From: an uncultured Gaiellales bacterium
Lineage (GTDB): Bacteria; Actinomycetota; Thermoleophilia; RBG-16-64-13
Length of the DNA stretch: 64,000 nucleotides
Assembly (NCBI GenBank): GCA_964399135.1
Contig: CAYNPL010000008.1
Location: 39,721-103,720, forward strand
Direction: 5' to 3'
The notes below the pieces were generated by a model. That model had not been told where the DNA came from, ran no database searches, and saw nothing but the letters and a program-made list of their open reading frames with translations. Within the stretch, counting starts at the first letter, position 1; each line of letters begins with the position of its first letter. Below, one piece after another: positions 9,903 to 19,760 of this stretch. The position numbers and the translations under genes were made by a program.

Positions 9903-10205
9903 CTACGCTATCTTCTGCACCTCGAGGCGGGTGAGGCCCGAGCGGAAGCCGGTCTTCTTGCGCCAGCCCCGTTTGGGCTTGAACCTCGAGATCGTGATCT
10001 TCGGTCCGCGGAAGTGCTCGACCACGGTGGCCGTCACCTTCGCTTCTTTGCCGTCGGCAGCCAACCGGACATCGCCGCCATCGGCGACGAGGAGCGACCG
10101 CAGCTCGACGGTCGACCCTTCAGCGGCATCGAGGCGGTCGACGACGACCTCCCGTCCTTCTTCCACCCGGTACTGCTTACCGCCGACTTCGACGATGGCG
10201 AACAT
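9903..10205 (-). CDS. rplU: 50S ribosomal protein L21 (start taken at [14 protein letters not shown])
   Basis: L21 signature [17 protein letters not shown]. The ORF-track start at 10226 adds 7 residues that are unlikely to be real. Confidence 0.9.
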   Translation of the reverse strand: MFAIVEVGGKQYRVEEGREVVVDRLDAAEGSTVELRSLLVADGGDVRLAADGKEAKVTATVVEHFRGPKITISRFKPKRGWRKKTGFRSGLTRLEVQKIA

Positions 10206-10298
10206 CCCTACTCCTAGCATTTTCACATCCGACAGCAGCGGCCGGCTGTATGGCGGCCGCGAGCAAGGCAGTATAGCAGGAGCGCAGCCGCGCTGCCA

Positions 10299-11744
10299 CT
10301 AGTCAGGGACGACCTCCAGGTGCCCCAGAGGCACACTCCCAGCCGCGTGCTCCAGGAGCACACGCCGCCCTGTCTCCGCCTCCAGCCGGGGCAGCGGCGG
10401 CCGGGGACCCGCGGCCAGGAGGGCGGCCATGCGCGGGTGGACTTCCACCCGCACCACCGGCAGCGTGGTCGCGGCCAGCAAAGCGCGCAGGTCCCGCTCC
10501 AGCCGGATGAGGGCCGACTCCTCCGAGACCACCCGTCCGTAGCCGTGGCACTCCGGGCAGGTGGTGGTCATGATCTCCCGCAACCCTTGGGTGACGTTCT
10601 GCCGGGTCATCTCCACCAACCCCAGGGGGGAGAGTTCGACCACGTAGGTCTTGGTCCGATCTTGGGCCAGCTCCGCTTCCAGGGTGGTCAGCACCGCCTC
10701 CCGGTTCGTACGGGAGGCCATGTCGATGAAGTCGATCACGATGATCCCGCCGATGTCGCGCAGGCGGAGTTGGCGAACGATCTCCCGGCAAGCTTCCAGG
10801 TTCGTGCGAAGAATGGTGTCTTCCAGGAACCTCCTACCCACGTAGCGCCCCGTGTTGACGTCGATGACCGTCATGGCCTCGGTGTGGTCGATGACGATAT
10901 AGCCGCCGGAGGGCAAGCCGACCCGCCTGGCGAGAGCGCGCGACATCTCGTTCTCCAGACCGAACCTCTCAAAGAGCTGCCGGGGTTCTTCGTGCTTCTC
11001 CAGCTTGTCGACCAGATCCGGAGCGATCGCGCGCAGGTAGTTGTGGATGCGGCGATACAGCTCGTCGTCGTCGACGATGACGGCGCCGAACTCGGGGCCG
11101 AGCACGTCGCGCACCGCACGGAGGGCCAATTCAGCCTCGGTATGGACCACGCAAGGGGCAGCACTCTCCTGAGCTCGGCGGTCGATCTGGCCCCACACCC
11201 GTTCGAGAAAGCGAAGGTCCCGCTCCAAGGCCTCCCTATCGGCTCCTTCGGCGGCTGTGCGAATGATGAGCCCGCCCTTGTCGGGCTTAATCTCGCGGCA
11301 CAGAGCGCGTAGACGCTCCCTCTCGCCGTCGTCCAGGCGCCGGGACACGCCCGAAGCCTTTGACCGAGGCAGGTAGACCAGGTACCGTCCGGCCAGGCCG
11401 AGCTCGGTAGTGAGCCGGGGTCCCTTGCCGCCCATGGCGTCGCGGGTGACCTGCACCAGCAGGTCCTTGCCCGCTTGCAGCATGTTGCCGATCTTGCGCG
11501 TCCGGCCGGGTCTAAGCTCGGGGTCGACCACCTCGTCCACACAGAGGAAACCGTTGCGTTCCAGACCGATGTCGACGAAAGCGGCGTCCATTCCGGGGAG
11601 GACGTTCTCCACCCTGCCCTTGTAGATGTTGCCCACCAGCGAACGGCGCCCCGGGCGTTCCAGGTAGAGCTCGGCCAAGCGCCCCTCCTCCAGGAGGGCT
11701 ACCCGCGTCTCCAAGGGGTCCCGAGACACGATGAGCCGCTTCAC
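10299..11744 (-). CDS. rng: ribonuclease E/G family endoribonuclease (catalytic-domain-only, RNase G-like size)
   Basis: S1 domain followed by the RNase E/G catalytic core, 481 aa. Sits upstream of rplU-rpmA-obg as in many Gram-positives. Confidence 0.85.
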   Translation of the reverse strand: MKRLIVSRDPLETRVALLEEGRLAELYLERPGRRSLVGNIYKGRVENVLPGMDAAFVDIGLERNGFLCVDEVVDPELRPGRTRKIGNMLQAGKDLLVQVTRDAMGGKGPRLTTELGLAGRYLVYLPRSKASGVSRRLDDGERERLRALCREIKPDKGGLIIRTAAEGADREALERDLRFLERVWGQIDRRAQESAAPCVVHTEAELALRAVRDVLGPEFGAVIVDDDELYRRIHNYLRAIAPDLVDKLEKHEEPRQLFERFGLENEMSRALARRVGLPSGGYIVIDHTEAMTVIDVNTGRYVGRRFLEDTILRTNLEACREIVRQLRLRDIGGIIVIDFIDMASRTNREAVLTTLEAELAQDRTKTYVVELSPLGLVEMTRQNVTQGLREIMTTTCPECHGYGRVVSEESALIRLERDLRALLAATTLPVVRVEVHPRMAALLAAGPRPPLPRLEAETGRRVLLEHAAGSVPLGHLEVVPD

Positions 11745-11745
11745 T

Positions 11746-14316
11746 TCACCTCGTTTCCGTCGTCAGGTGTATACCGGTGCGCGTGATCCCGGCGATCTCC
11801 AGCGCTAGGTCGCCCACCATGCCCAACGCCCGCACCACCGACTCCGGACGCGCCGTCCCTGCCGGCGTCACCGCCGCCCGGAAGCGCAACCGCCACAAGC
11901 CCTCCCCCGCCGCCTCTATCTCCAGGTCTTCCACGTACCTTTTGACGTCGACTTGCCGGACCCTGCCTTCCCGCACGTGTTCCACCAAGATCTGGACGGC
12001 GCGCGCAAAGCGGCGCGCCGCCTCCTCCAGCCTGATCCCGTCCCCCGGCCGCGCAGCACCCGCTTCGTCCCCAGCCTGCTTCACCACGACCTCGTACGAG
12101 GCTCCGGCCACCTGCGCGGCCACCCAACGTCCCTGCGGGCGCCGCTCCAGACTCGTCAGCGTCATGTGGCCGGGAAGGCTGCGGGCAAGACGGTGAGCGA
12201 AACCGGGCGGCGGCTCCTCGGCCAACTCGAACTCGCACCACTCCGCGGTGGACTCCACTCCCACCGCCAGCGGCAGAGCCAGACTCAGGAGGGCCTTGGG
12301 GCGCATGCCTGCCGAGAGGGCCGGTCTGCCTCCCGCTCGCCTCACCGCCCGGCGAAAGACCTCGGTCCTATCCAGATGCCCCAGGAAGCGTCCCCGCCCG
12401 CGGACGCTGAATCCGGCCAAGTAACGATACCCGGCCGCCGGCCGGGCCGCGGCGGCCGCCTCGTTGCCCTCCCCCCGCGTGGTTCCACCGCCGGGCGGCG
12501 CCGCGTCCACCCGTGGCTCCCATGAGCCCACAGCGGCCAGGTCGTTACCCGGAGGGTGGTCGCACGCCCCACAGGCGGAACACCCCGACCAGCGGCAGTC
12601 GGCGGTGACGGCCCCGCCGGCAGCCGCCTGCCACTCCGACCACAAGAAGGCCTTGTCCACCACGCCGTCGATGATATCCCAGGGCAGCCGCCGGTCCGGC
12701 GCCAGATCCTCTGTCGCCAAGGCCTCGATGGAGAGGCCCGCGCCGGTAAAGGCCTCTCTCCAGACCTGCGGCCTGAACTGCTCGGTCCACGAGTCGAAGC
12801 GGGCGCCCTTCCTCCAGGCTTCCTCGATGACCTCGCCCAGGCTCTCACCCCCCCGGGAGAGAGCGGCTTCCAGGTAGCTCTTGCCCACATCGGGCATCGC
12901 CAGCTTGATGCCTGACTTCCGCAAACGTGTGTACAGCAGCTCCCGGCGCCGCAGCAGGGTCTCCCGGTCGGCCATCCCTTTCCACTGGAACGGGGTGAAA
13001 GGTTTGGGTACGAAGTAGTTGACGCTCACGTTGAGCTGCAGCCGCCCGGCCCTGCTGCCCAGCGCCCGCCGCCCCTCCTCCCTGATACGCAGGCAGAGTT
13101 CCGCCAGTGCGGCCACGTCGTCGTCCTCTTCCAGCGGCAGGCCGATCATGAAGTACAACTTAAGGGTGGTGCGCCCTCCCCGGAACGCCTCCTCCGCCGC
13201 CGCCAGCACATCGTCCTCGCTGACGTTCTTGTTGATGACGTCGCGCATGCGCTGGCTTCCGGCTTCCGGGGCCAGTGTCAGCGACGGCCCCGTGGGCGAG
13301 GCCAGATGCGCGAGCCGCACCGCCGCCGAGTCCACGCGCAGGGAGGGCAGAGACACCCTCACGTCCGGGTGGGCCGCAGCTGCGCCCACCAGCACCTCTT
13401 CCAGGGCGGAGTAATCCGTGGTCGAAAGCGAGGCGAAGGCCAGTTCCTGGTGCCCGCTCGCCGTCAGCACCTCCCCCGCCAGAGCCAGGACCGACTGCGG
13501 GGTGCGCTCCCGCACCGGCCGGTACCACATGCCCGCCTGGCAGAAGCGGCATCCCCTGGTGCAGCCCCTCATCACCTCCACCCAGGCCCGGTCGTGCACC
13601 CCCGCGGTCAACGGCACCAGGCACTCTGAAGGATAGGGTGCCCCTTCCAGGCGGGGCAGCACCCGGCGTCGCACGCGCCCGCTCATGCCCGGCACGAAGA
13701 CCCCTTGCAGGCGGCTCAGACGGCGCTTGCGCTCGTCCCGAGCCGCCCCCTCCTTCTTGGCCCGGGTCAGTTCTCCCAGGATCTCGGGCCAGACCTCCTC
13801 CCCATCCCCCACGGCGATAGCGTCGAAGAACCGGCTCATGGGCAGGAAGTTGGCGCAGGCAGGTCCCCCTCCCACCACCAGAGGATCGGCCTCACCCCGC
13901 AACCCGGCTCGGAACGCGACGCCGGCCAGGTCGAGCAGCTCAAGGACGCTGGTGAAGTGCAACTCGTGCTGCAAGGTCACGGCGAGCACATCCGCCGTGG
14001 CCACGGGCGTCCACGATTCGAGGGTCAGCAGGGGGACGTTCTTCCGCCTCATCGCTTCGGCCGCGTCCACCCACGGCAGATACACGCGTTCGCACTCCAC
14101 TCCGGGGACGTTCGCAGCCAGGTGATACAGGATCTGGATGGCCTGATTGGAGATGCCGATCTCGTAGGTGTCGGGGAAACCCAGCACCACCCGCAGCGCG
14201 GCCGGGTCCCCGCTGAAGCCCGGGCCGGAACCGGGCTCGTCGCCTATGAGCCGGGCCGGTTGCCGGATGCCGGCCAGGATCTCTTCGAAGCGGCGCTGGA
14301 GCGAGAGGGCGGTCAC
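11746..14316 (-). CDS. fused radical-SAM protein: TIGR03960-type B12-binding-like/radical SAM domain + TIGR03936/DUF2344 C-terminal domain. Start trimmed to the GTG that overlaps the upstream stop (GTGA).
   Basis: CTRGCRFC (CxxxCxxC) radical-SAM motif, second Cys cluster CRWSGCSACGAC, then a DUF2344-like tail (YRYLAGFSVRGRGRFLGHLDRTEVF...). The first roughly 147 aa of the ORF-track ORF are low-complexity Arg/Gly shadow. Confidence 0.8.
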   Translation of the reverse strand: MTALSLQRRFEEILAGIRQPARLIGDEPGSGPGFSGDPAALRVVLGFPDTYEIGISNQAIQILYHLAANVPGVECERVYLPWVDAAEAMRRKNVPLLTLESWTPVATADVLAVTLQHELHFTSVLELLDLAGVAFRAGLRGEADPLVVGGGPACANFLPMSRFFDAIAVGDGEEVWPEILGELTRAKKEGAARDERKRRLSRLQGVFVPGMSGRVRRRVLPRLEGAPYPSECLVPLTAGVHDRAWVEVMRGCTRGCRFCQAGMWYRPVRERTPQSVLALAGEVLTASGHQELAFASLSTTDYSALEEVLVGAAAAHPDVRVSLPSLRVDSAAVRLAHLASPTGPSLTLAPEAGSQRMRDVINKNVSEDDVLAAAEEAFRGGRTTLKLYFMIGLPLEEDDDVAALAELCLRIREEGRRALGSRAGRLQLNVSVNYFVPKPFTPFQWKGMADRETLLRRRELLYTRLRKSGIKLAMPDVGKSYLEAALSRGGESLGEVIEEAWRKGARFDSWTEQFRPQVWREAFTGAGLSIEALATEDLAPDRRLPWDIIDGVVDKAFLWSEWQAAAGGAVTADCRWSGCSACGACDHPPGNDLAAVGSWEPRVDAAPPGGGTTRGEGNEAAAAARPAAGYRYLAGFSVRGRGRFLGHLDRTEVFRRAVRRAGGRPALSAGMRPKALLSLALPLAVGVESTAEWCEFELAEEPPPGFAHRLARSLPGHMTLTSLERRPQGRWVAAQVAGASYEVVVKQAGDEAGAARPGDGIRLEEAARRFARAVQILVEHVREGRVRQVDVKRYVEDLEIEAAGEGLWRLRFRAAVTPAGTARPESVVRALGMVGDLALEIAGITRTGIHLTTETR

Positions 14317-15191
14317 CGCCTCATGGAGTCGGCTAGGGCCAGGAGCTTGCTGGTGGATGCGGGGGCGCCCCGTTCGAAGTATTCGATGGCAGCCAGGCCC
14401 ATCCCGATGGTCGCGGTGTAACCGGTGACCCCCTTGACAACCCAGCCCACACCCGGGACGGAGCGGACCAGCCTCCGGGCCAGACCACGAAAGCCGAAGC
14501 CCAGACCGACTAAAGCCGCCAACTCCACCATCCGTTCGGTGTCGAGCGACTCCGCATAGATGGCGGCGATATCGAGCAACATCTTGGCTTGGTTCAAGGT
14601 CATGGCCGGCATGTCGGCCCCGGGGATGAAGAAGATCAGACCGATGAGCGCGTTCTGACCGGCTGTGCGGTAGACCACGCGCCGGGCCGCGGCCTCTCTC
14701 AGGGCCGGGTATCGCCGGCCCAGTGCCACCAGATGGTCGCCCGCCATCTCGGCACACAGGCGGAACAGTCCACGCCAGCCGGCCGGCGAGTCGGCGAACG
14801 ACAGCCGTGCGGCCTGGGGGAACAGGCGGGTGACCCGGCCGGTGGCCCCAGCACCCTCGTCCACAGCGATGATGACCGGGCCCCGCGAAGCAACCGCCCG
14901 CACGGCGGCCATGCCCAGCCCCTCCTCGAGTCCCCGCGCCAACAAGACGAGCAACTCCCCGGGCGCGAAATCCGCAGCGGCCAAAGCGGAGATGCTCCCC
15001 ACGTAGGTGGCGGGGATGGTGCCTCCTACTGAGAACTCCTCTTTAGCCCGCTCGACGAGGTCCGCGTCGCCCGCCAGCACGAGCGCGGCGGCCTTGTCGG
15101 CGTTGAGCAGGGCGTCTTTCCAGGCCTCGAGGCTCTTGGACAGGTGCAACGACAGCTTGGACACTCCGAGCCTCCCCAGATCCGTGCGCAA
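14313..15191 (-). CDS. uncharacterized protein, hydrophobic C-terminal half, possibly DUF697-like
   Basis: 292 aa in the ORF track. Wedged between rodA (7-nt gap) and the rSAM gene (4-nt overlap) so it must be expressed. C-terminal IPGADMPAMTLNQAKMLLDIAAIYAESLD...GLGFGF segment. No family assigned with confidence. Confidence 0.5.
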   Translation of the reverse strand: MRTDLGRLGVSKLSLHLSKSLEAWKDALLNADKAAALVLAGDADLVERAKEEFSVGGTIPATYVGSISALAAADFAPGELLVLLARGLEEGLGMAAVRAVASRGPVIIAVDEGAGATGRVTRLFPQAARLSFADSPAGWRGLFRLCAEMAGDHLVALGRRYPALREAAARRVVYRTAGQNALIGLIFFIPGADMPAMTLNQAKMLLDIAAIYAESLDTERMVELAALVGLGFGFRGLARRLVRSVPGVGWVVKGVTGYTATIGMGLAAIEYFERGAPASTSKLLALADSMRR

Positions 15192-15197
15192 AAGCTC

Positions 15198-16394
15198 CTA
15201 CCGGGTCTGACCGGCCACCGAACGAACGTGGATGCTCTGCAGAAAGCCGATCGCCATCAAGAATACTACCAGGGCGCTGCTGCCGAAGCTCACGAAGGGA
15301 AGGGGGATCCCGGTGACCGGCATGATGCCGATGGTCATGCCCACGTTCACGAACACCTGGAAGACGAGGACGCCCGCCACGCCCGAGGCGATCATGCGCC
15401 CGTAGAGGTCCACCGAGAGCCGCGCGATTCGGAAGGCTCGCCAGATCACCACAAGGAACAGCCCGAGGAGGAGAAGCGCTCCCATGAAGCCCAGCTCCTC
15501 CCCGATCACCGCGAAGATGAAGTCGGTATGGTGGGCCGGCAGGAAGTTGAGGTGGGTCTGGGTGCCCTGCAGATAGCCTTTGCCGGTGAACATGCCGCTG
15601 CCGACAGCGATCTTGCTCTGTGTGAGCTGATAGCCGAAACCGGTGGGGTCGCTCTCCGGATTGAGGAACATGGTCAGCCGTTTGAGCTGGTAGTCCCTCA
15701 GCACGCTCACACCCAATGCGGGCAGCACCCGCAGCACCATGACTACCCCCACCACCCCCGCCCCGGCCAGTATCCCCAGATGAGGAAGACGGATGCCCCA
15801 CACCACCAGCATGGTCAGCAGGATGGCTCCGAACACCAGGGCGGTACCCAGATCGGGCTGGAGGAAGACGAGCACGCTGGGCACGAACACATAGAGCACA
15901 GCGACGACCACGAAGCGGAAGCGGTGCCGCAGCTCCGCGCCTTCGGCCAACACTCCGCCCAAAGACAGGATCAGCAGCAGCTTGGCCAATTCCGAGGTCT
16001 GCAGCCTGAAGAAAGGTAGCTCGATCCAGCGGTTCGCCCCCACCTCTTCACTGCCCGAACCGATGATCAGGGTCAGGACCAAGACCACTAGGGTGGCTCC
16101 GTAGATGGACATGCGCCAGCGCTGCAGCCAGCGGTAATTGGACAGACTGATCATGATCAGGAACACGAAACCCAGCACCAGGCCGATGCCCTGCGAGCGC
16201 ACGTAGAAATAGGGCGTGGAGATGTTGGTGTCGGCATGAGTGGCCGAGTACAACATCAGGAGACCGTAGATGACCAGCGCGACGGTGGCCCCCATCAGTA
16301 TCCAGTCCAAGCTCCGCAGGTACTGGCCCAGAGAGAACCCCAGCGGCTGCCGTCGCTCGGCGGTCTTCTGCAGGATGTTGAGCGGAGGGTTCAC
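15198..16394 (-). CDS. rodA: SEDS-family peptidoglycan glycosyltransferase RodA/FtsW
   Basis: 10-TM SEDS protein immediately downstream of PBP2. Confidence 0.9.
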   Translation of the reverse strand: MNPPLNILQKTAERRQPLGFSLGQYLRSLDWILMGATVALVIYGLLMLYSATHADTNISTPYFYVRSQGIGLVLGFVFLIMISLSNYRWLQRWRMSIYGATLVVLVLTLIIGSGSEEVGANRWIELPFFRLQTSELAKLLLILSLGGVLAEGAELRHRFRFVVVAVLYVFVPSVLVFLQPDLGTALVFGAILLTMLVVWGIRLPHLGILAGAGVVGVVMVLRVLPALGVSVLRDYQLKRLTMFLNPESDPTGFGYQLTQSKIAVGSGMFTGKGYLQGTQTHLNFLPAHHTDFIFAVIGEELGFMGALLLLGLFLVVIWRAFRIARLSVDLYGRMIASGVAGVLVFQVFVNVGMTIGIMPVTGIPLPFVSFGSSALVVFLMAIGFLQSIHVRSVAGQTR

Positions 16395-16400
16395 GTCCGT

Positions 16401-18326
16401 CTACTCAGTCACCGGGATGATCTGGGCGCCGCCGCTCTCGGTGTGGAAGTAGGCCTCCAGAACGCGACGGACCACCGGGGCGGCCACCGAGCTGCCGTGA
16501 CCGCCCTGCTCGATGAGGGCGACCACCACTATCTCCGGCACCCGGGTGGGATCAGCGGGGGCGTAGGCCATGAACAGGGCGTAGTCGTCATCAGGCTTTT
16601 TCTCGGCGGTCCCGGTCTTGCCGGCCACGGGGATGGGGAAACCTTCGAAGGCCGCGCACGCTGTGCCGTGGGCGTCTTGTGTGACCAGGGTCATGCCGTT
16701 CTTGATAACGTCCAAGATGGCCTGATTGATGCCCAACTGCGACCGCTGTTCGCTCTCGAACTGGTGGATCACGTTGCCCGACGCGTCCTTGATCTGGAAC
16801 CCCAGGTGGGGCACCCACACCGTGCCTCCGTTGGCGAAGGCGGCCAGCGCCACCGCCATCTGCATGGGAGTGACCAAGAGGTCACCCTGCCCGATGGCTA
16901 GGTTGATCTCGTCCCCGGTCTTCCAGAGCCTGTCCTCGGCGGTCTCGCCGTTCTCACGCTTCCAATACTTGTCGGGCACGCGGGTCTGCGTAGTCTCACC
17001 GGGCAGATCGATCCCGGTGGTCTGCCCGAAGCCGAAGCGCCTGACCCCGTCCTGGAGCACCGGGCTCGGTTGCTGGTACAGCAGGTTCCCCAGGTTGTAG
17101 AAGTAAACGTCGCAGGACTCCACGATGGCCTTGGTCAGGTTGACTCCGGGACCGTGGCCCTGTTTGAGCCAGTCCTTCCAGGTCTGCTGCGCCGCCGAGT
17201 ACTTGCCGTTGCAGTCGAAAGTCGATTCAGGCGTGATGAGACCGGCGTTCAGAGCCGCCGCCGCCACGAAGGGCTTGAAGGTGGAGCCCGCGGGATACAG
17301 GCCGTTGATGGCCCTGTTGAAGAGCGGGTGATGCGCCTGTTCGGCCGTCAACTCGGAATACTTCTGCTTGGTCATGCCGCCGACCCACAGAGAGGGGTCG
17401 TAGTCCGGGTACGAAGCCAAGGCCAGGACCTCGCCGGTACGCGGGTCTAAAGCCACCACCGCCCCCCCGGCCGCGTTGACGAACTTATCCTCGTGCGCCC
17501 GCTGGATACCTTCCACCAGCGCGTTCTCGACGGCCTCCTGGAGGTCGATGTCAATGGTAAGGACGAGATTCGCCCCCGGCGTGGGGGGCACATCCTCCAA
17601 GAACTGCTTGGGCCGACCGGCGGCGTCCACCTCCACGGTTTTCCAGCCGTCGGTGCCTCGCAGGAAGGAGTCGTACGTCCTCTCCACTCCGTCCTTCCCG
17701 ATATGCGCCCCTGCCTTGAGGGTGGCGAACTCTTCCCGCTCCAGGTCGTTCTGGGAGATCTCGCCCACGTAGCCGAGCACGTGGGTGGCCAAGGACTTGA
17801 AGGGATACCGGCGCAGAAAAGCCTTCTCCACCTGCACTCCGGGGTATTCGTTACTGTGCTCCTTCAGATAGGCGACCACCGTGTTCTCGGGTACGTCTTC
17901 CTTTATGGTGTAGGTGACGTAGGGGTCTTTCTTGGCTTTTTCATAGGCCTTGAGTAGCTCCGACTCGGGCACGTCCAAGATCATGGAGAGTCCGCTGATC
18001 TCCTCGGCGAACTCTTGCGGATTCTTCTTGGGGTCCCACATGTCCATGGTCAGGATGCCCACACTCAGGCCGGCTCGGTTCTCCACCAGGATCTTGCCGT
18101 TGCGGTCGTAGATGACGCCGCGTGAGGCCTCCACCGTCACTTCGCGCAGGCGGTTGTCGGCCGCCACGGCGACGTACGAGTCCCCGGAGAGGATCTGCAG
18201 GAACCACAGGCGGAAGGTCACCACTCCGAACAGAGTGAAGGCGATGATGAGGAGCACCCCGATCCTGATGCCGACAAACGAGTCGTCCTCCGGTGCGCGC
18301 TTCTTCTTGGCCGGCTCCAGGATCAT
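16401..18326 (-). CDS. mrdA: penicillin-binding protein 2 (elongasome transpeptidase)
   Basis: N-terminal TM, PBP dimerisation domain, SxxK (STFK), SxN, KTG(T) transpeptidase motifs. Confidence 0.9.
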   Translation of the reverse strand: MILEPAKKKRAPEDDSFVGIRIGVLLIIAFTLFGVVTFRLWFLQILSGDSYVAVAADNRLREVTVEASRGVIYDRNGKILVENRAGLSVGILTMDMWDPKKNPQEFAEEISGLSMILDVPESELLKAYEKAKKDPYVTYTIKEDVPENTVVAYLKEHSNEYPGVQVEKAFLRRYPFKSLATHVLGYVGEISQNDLEREEFATLKAGAHIGKDGVERTYDSFLRGTDGWKTVEVDAAGRPKQFLEDVPPTPGANLVLTIDIDLQEAVENALVEGIQRAHEDKFVNAAGGAVVALDPRTGEVLALASYPDYDPSLWVGGMTKQKYSELTAEQAHHPLFNRAINGLYPAGSTFKPFVAAAALNAGLITPESTFDCNGKYSAAQQTWKDWLKQGHGPGVNLTKAIVESCDVYFYNLGNLLYQQPSPVLQDGVRRFGFGQTTGIDLPGETTQTRVPDKYWKRENGETAEDRLWKTGDEINLAIGQGDLLVTPMQMAVALAAFANGGTVWVPHLGFQIKDASGNVIHQFESEQRSQLGINQAILDVIKNGMTLVTQDAHGTACAAFEGFPIPVAGKTGTAEKKPDDDYALFMAYAPADPTRVPEIVVVALIEQGGHGSSVAAPVVRRVLEAYFHTESGGAQIIPVTE

Positions 18327-18862
18327 GACGCACTCCCTTTGGGGGCGGCCGGTTGCACTCGGGCCGGTGGCAGCAACCGGAGCCGCACGAGGAAGACATA
18401 CAGGGGGGCGGCGATCAGGCCGTCCAGGACGGCCTCGGGCAGCATCTGGATGCCCACCATGGTGAAGAAGGCCGCCCGCGGGCCCATGGTGAACTCGAAC
18501 AGACCGAAGACAAACTGGGCCAGGAACGAAGACACCCCGGCGATGAGGGCCACACTCCAGGGACTGGACACGGCGAGCCGGGCGGCCGCCATCCCCACGA
18601 AGTAGCCAGTGAGTACGTACACCAGGGCCCGAATGCCCAGGGGTTGGAAATAGGCGATATCAGCCGCCAGGCCGGCGAAAAAGCCGAAGACGGCGGCCTC
18701 CAGCGAGCCTCTCGTCACCGCCACCAGGACGGTGAGGATGAGGAAGAGGTCGGCCGTCACCCCCAGGACACTCACCTGCGAGACGACCAGCACCTGCAGC
18801 AGGACGGCGATCAACAAGACCACGGCCACTTTCCCGATGACGATGACGCGCTCGCGATCCAT
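18323..18862 (-). CDS. mreD: rod shape-determining protein MreD
   Basis: 179-aa polytopic membrane protein between mreC and PBP2. Confidence 0.8.
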   Translation of the reverse strand: MDRERVIVIGKVAVVLLIAVLLQVLVVSQVSVLGVTADLFLILTVLVAVTRGSLEAAVFGFFAGLAADIAYFQPLGIRALVYVLTGYFVGMAAARLAVSSPWSVALIAGVSSFLAQFVFGLFEFTMGPRAAFFTMVGIQMLPEAVLDGLIAAPLYVFLVRLRLLPPARVQPAAPKGSAS

Positions 18863-19744
18863 CTATCGACCCAGCGTACTCTGCACGGGGACCAGCAACA
18901 CCATCACTTCTTCGAGCACCCTGAAGTCCACAAAGGGCTGCACTTCGATCTCTTTGAATATGTTGACATCTTCCTCACCTACGTTGGCGACTATGCCGAT
19001 GGGGATGTCCTGCGGGTAGACCCCCCCGTAGCCGGAGGTCACCACCACCCGCTTGGGATCGACGCTGATGTCCCGGTCGACGTAATCCATGGTCAGCCGC
19101 CCCGTCAGCGAACCCTCCACTATCCCTTCGGCCCGTGACCCCTGTATCTTCGCGGCCACGCTCGACCCGGCGTCGGTTATGAGCAGCACCTTCGCCGTGT
19201 AAGGAGTCACCGCGATGACCTTCCCCACCAGGCCCTTCCCCGCCAGTGTCTCGCCGGCCACGGGCGTAGCCCCCACCACGGCCTGGTCCACCTCCAGCCC
19301 GTCGGTGGACCCTTTGTCAATCTGGATCCACGCCTGCCAGCGGGTGGGAGACTTCCCGGTCACGTGCGCGACCACGAATTCGGTCCCTTCGGGGAAGCTG
19401 CCCTTGTCGCGAAAGTCGAGCAATGCACGCAGACGCTGGTTCTCCTCGGCCTGTTCCTGCAGCTTCACGGCCTCACCCTGCAACAACTGCAGTTCCTCAG
19501 CAAGACGCTCCGCCTCCTTGTGGGCCGACCACAGGGTCCGGATCCATTCGTAGCCGTCCTGGAAAGGTTGGGCGGCTCGAGCCCCGAAGGATTGCAGGGG
19601 CGAGAGCAGGCCGGCGGCGGCCTGCTGCACCGCGTGGACCGGGCCGGACTCGGTCTCACGGAAGGACACCGTCAGGATGGCCAGCGAGGCAATTATGAGG
19701 ACGACGAAGACGAACCGCCGCCACGCTACCTTGTTCCGCGGCAT
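18863..19744 (-). CDS. mreC: rod shape-determining protein MreC
   Basis: N-terminal TM, coiled coil, beta-rich C-terminal domain. Its stop abuts the mreD start. Confidence 0.85.
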   Translation of the reverse strand: MPRNKVAWRRFVFVVLIIASLAILTVSFRETESGPVHAVQQAAAGLLSPLQSFGARAAQPFQDGYEWIRTLWSAHKEAERLAEELQLLQGEAVKLQEQAEENQRLRALLDFRDKGSFPEGTEFVVAHVTGKSPTRWQAWIQIDKGSTDGLEVDQAVVGATPVAGETLAGKGLVGKVIAVTPYTAKVLLITDAGSSVAAKIQGSRAEGIVEGSLTGRLTMDYVDRDISVDPKRVVVTSGYGGVYPQDIPIGIVANVGEEDVNIFKEIEVQPFVDFRVLEEVMVLLVPVQSTLGR

Positions 19745-19760
19745 ATATGACCTCCGCTAC

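Noticed and set aside
11746-14757. ORF-track N-terminal extensions of the rSAM gene (to 14757), folC (to 24292), addA (to 43276), amidase (to 53970), CDF (to 57869), epimerase (from 32740), DUF1844 (to 37319) and the LytR_C protein (to 5086)
   Set aside because: The extensions are low-complexity and overlap the upstream gene or a tRNA. Each has an internal GTG/ATG placed exactly at a GTGA/ATGA overlap or after an RBS, so I trimmed the features to those starts.
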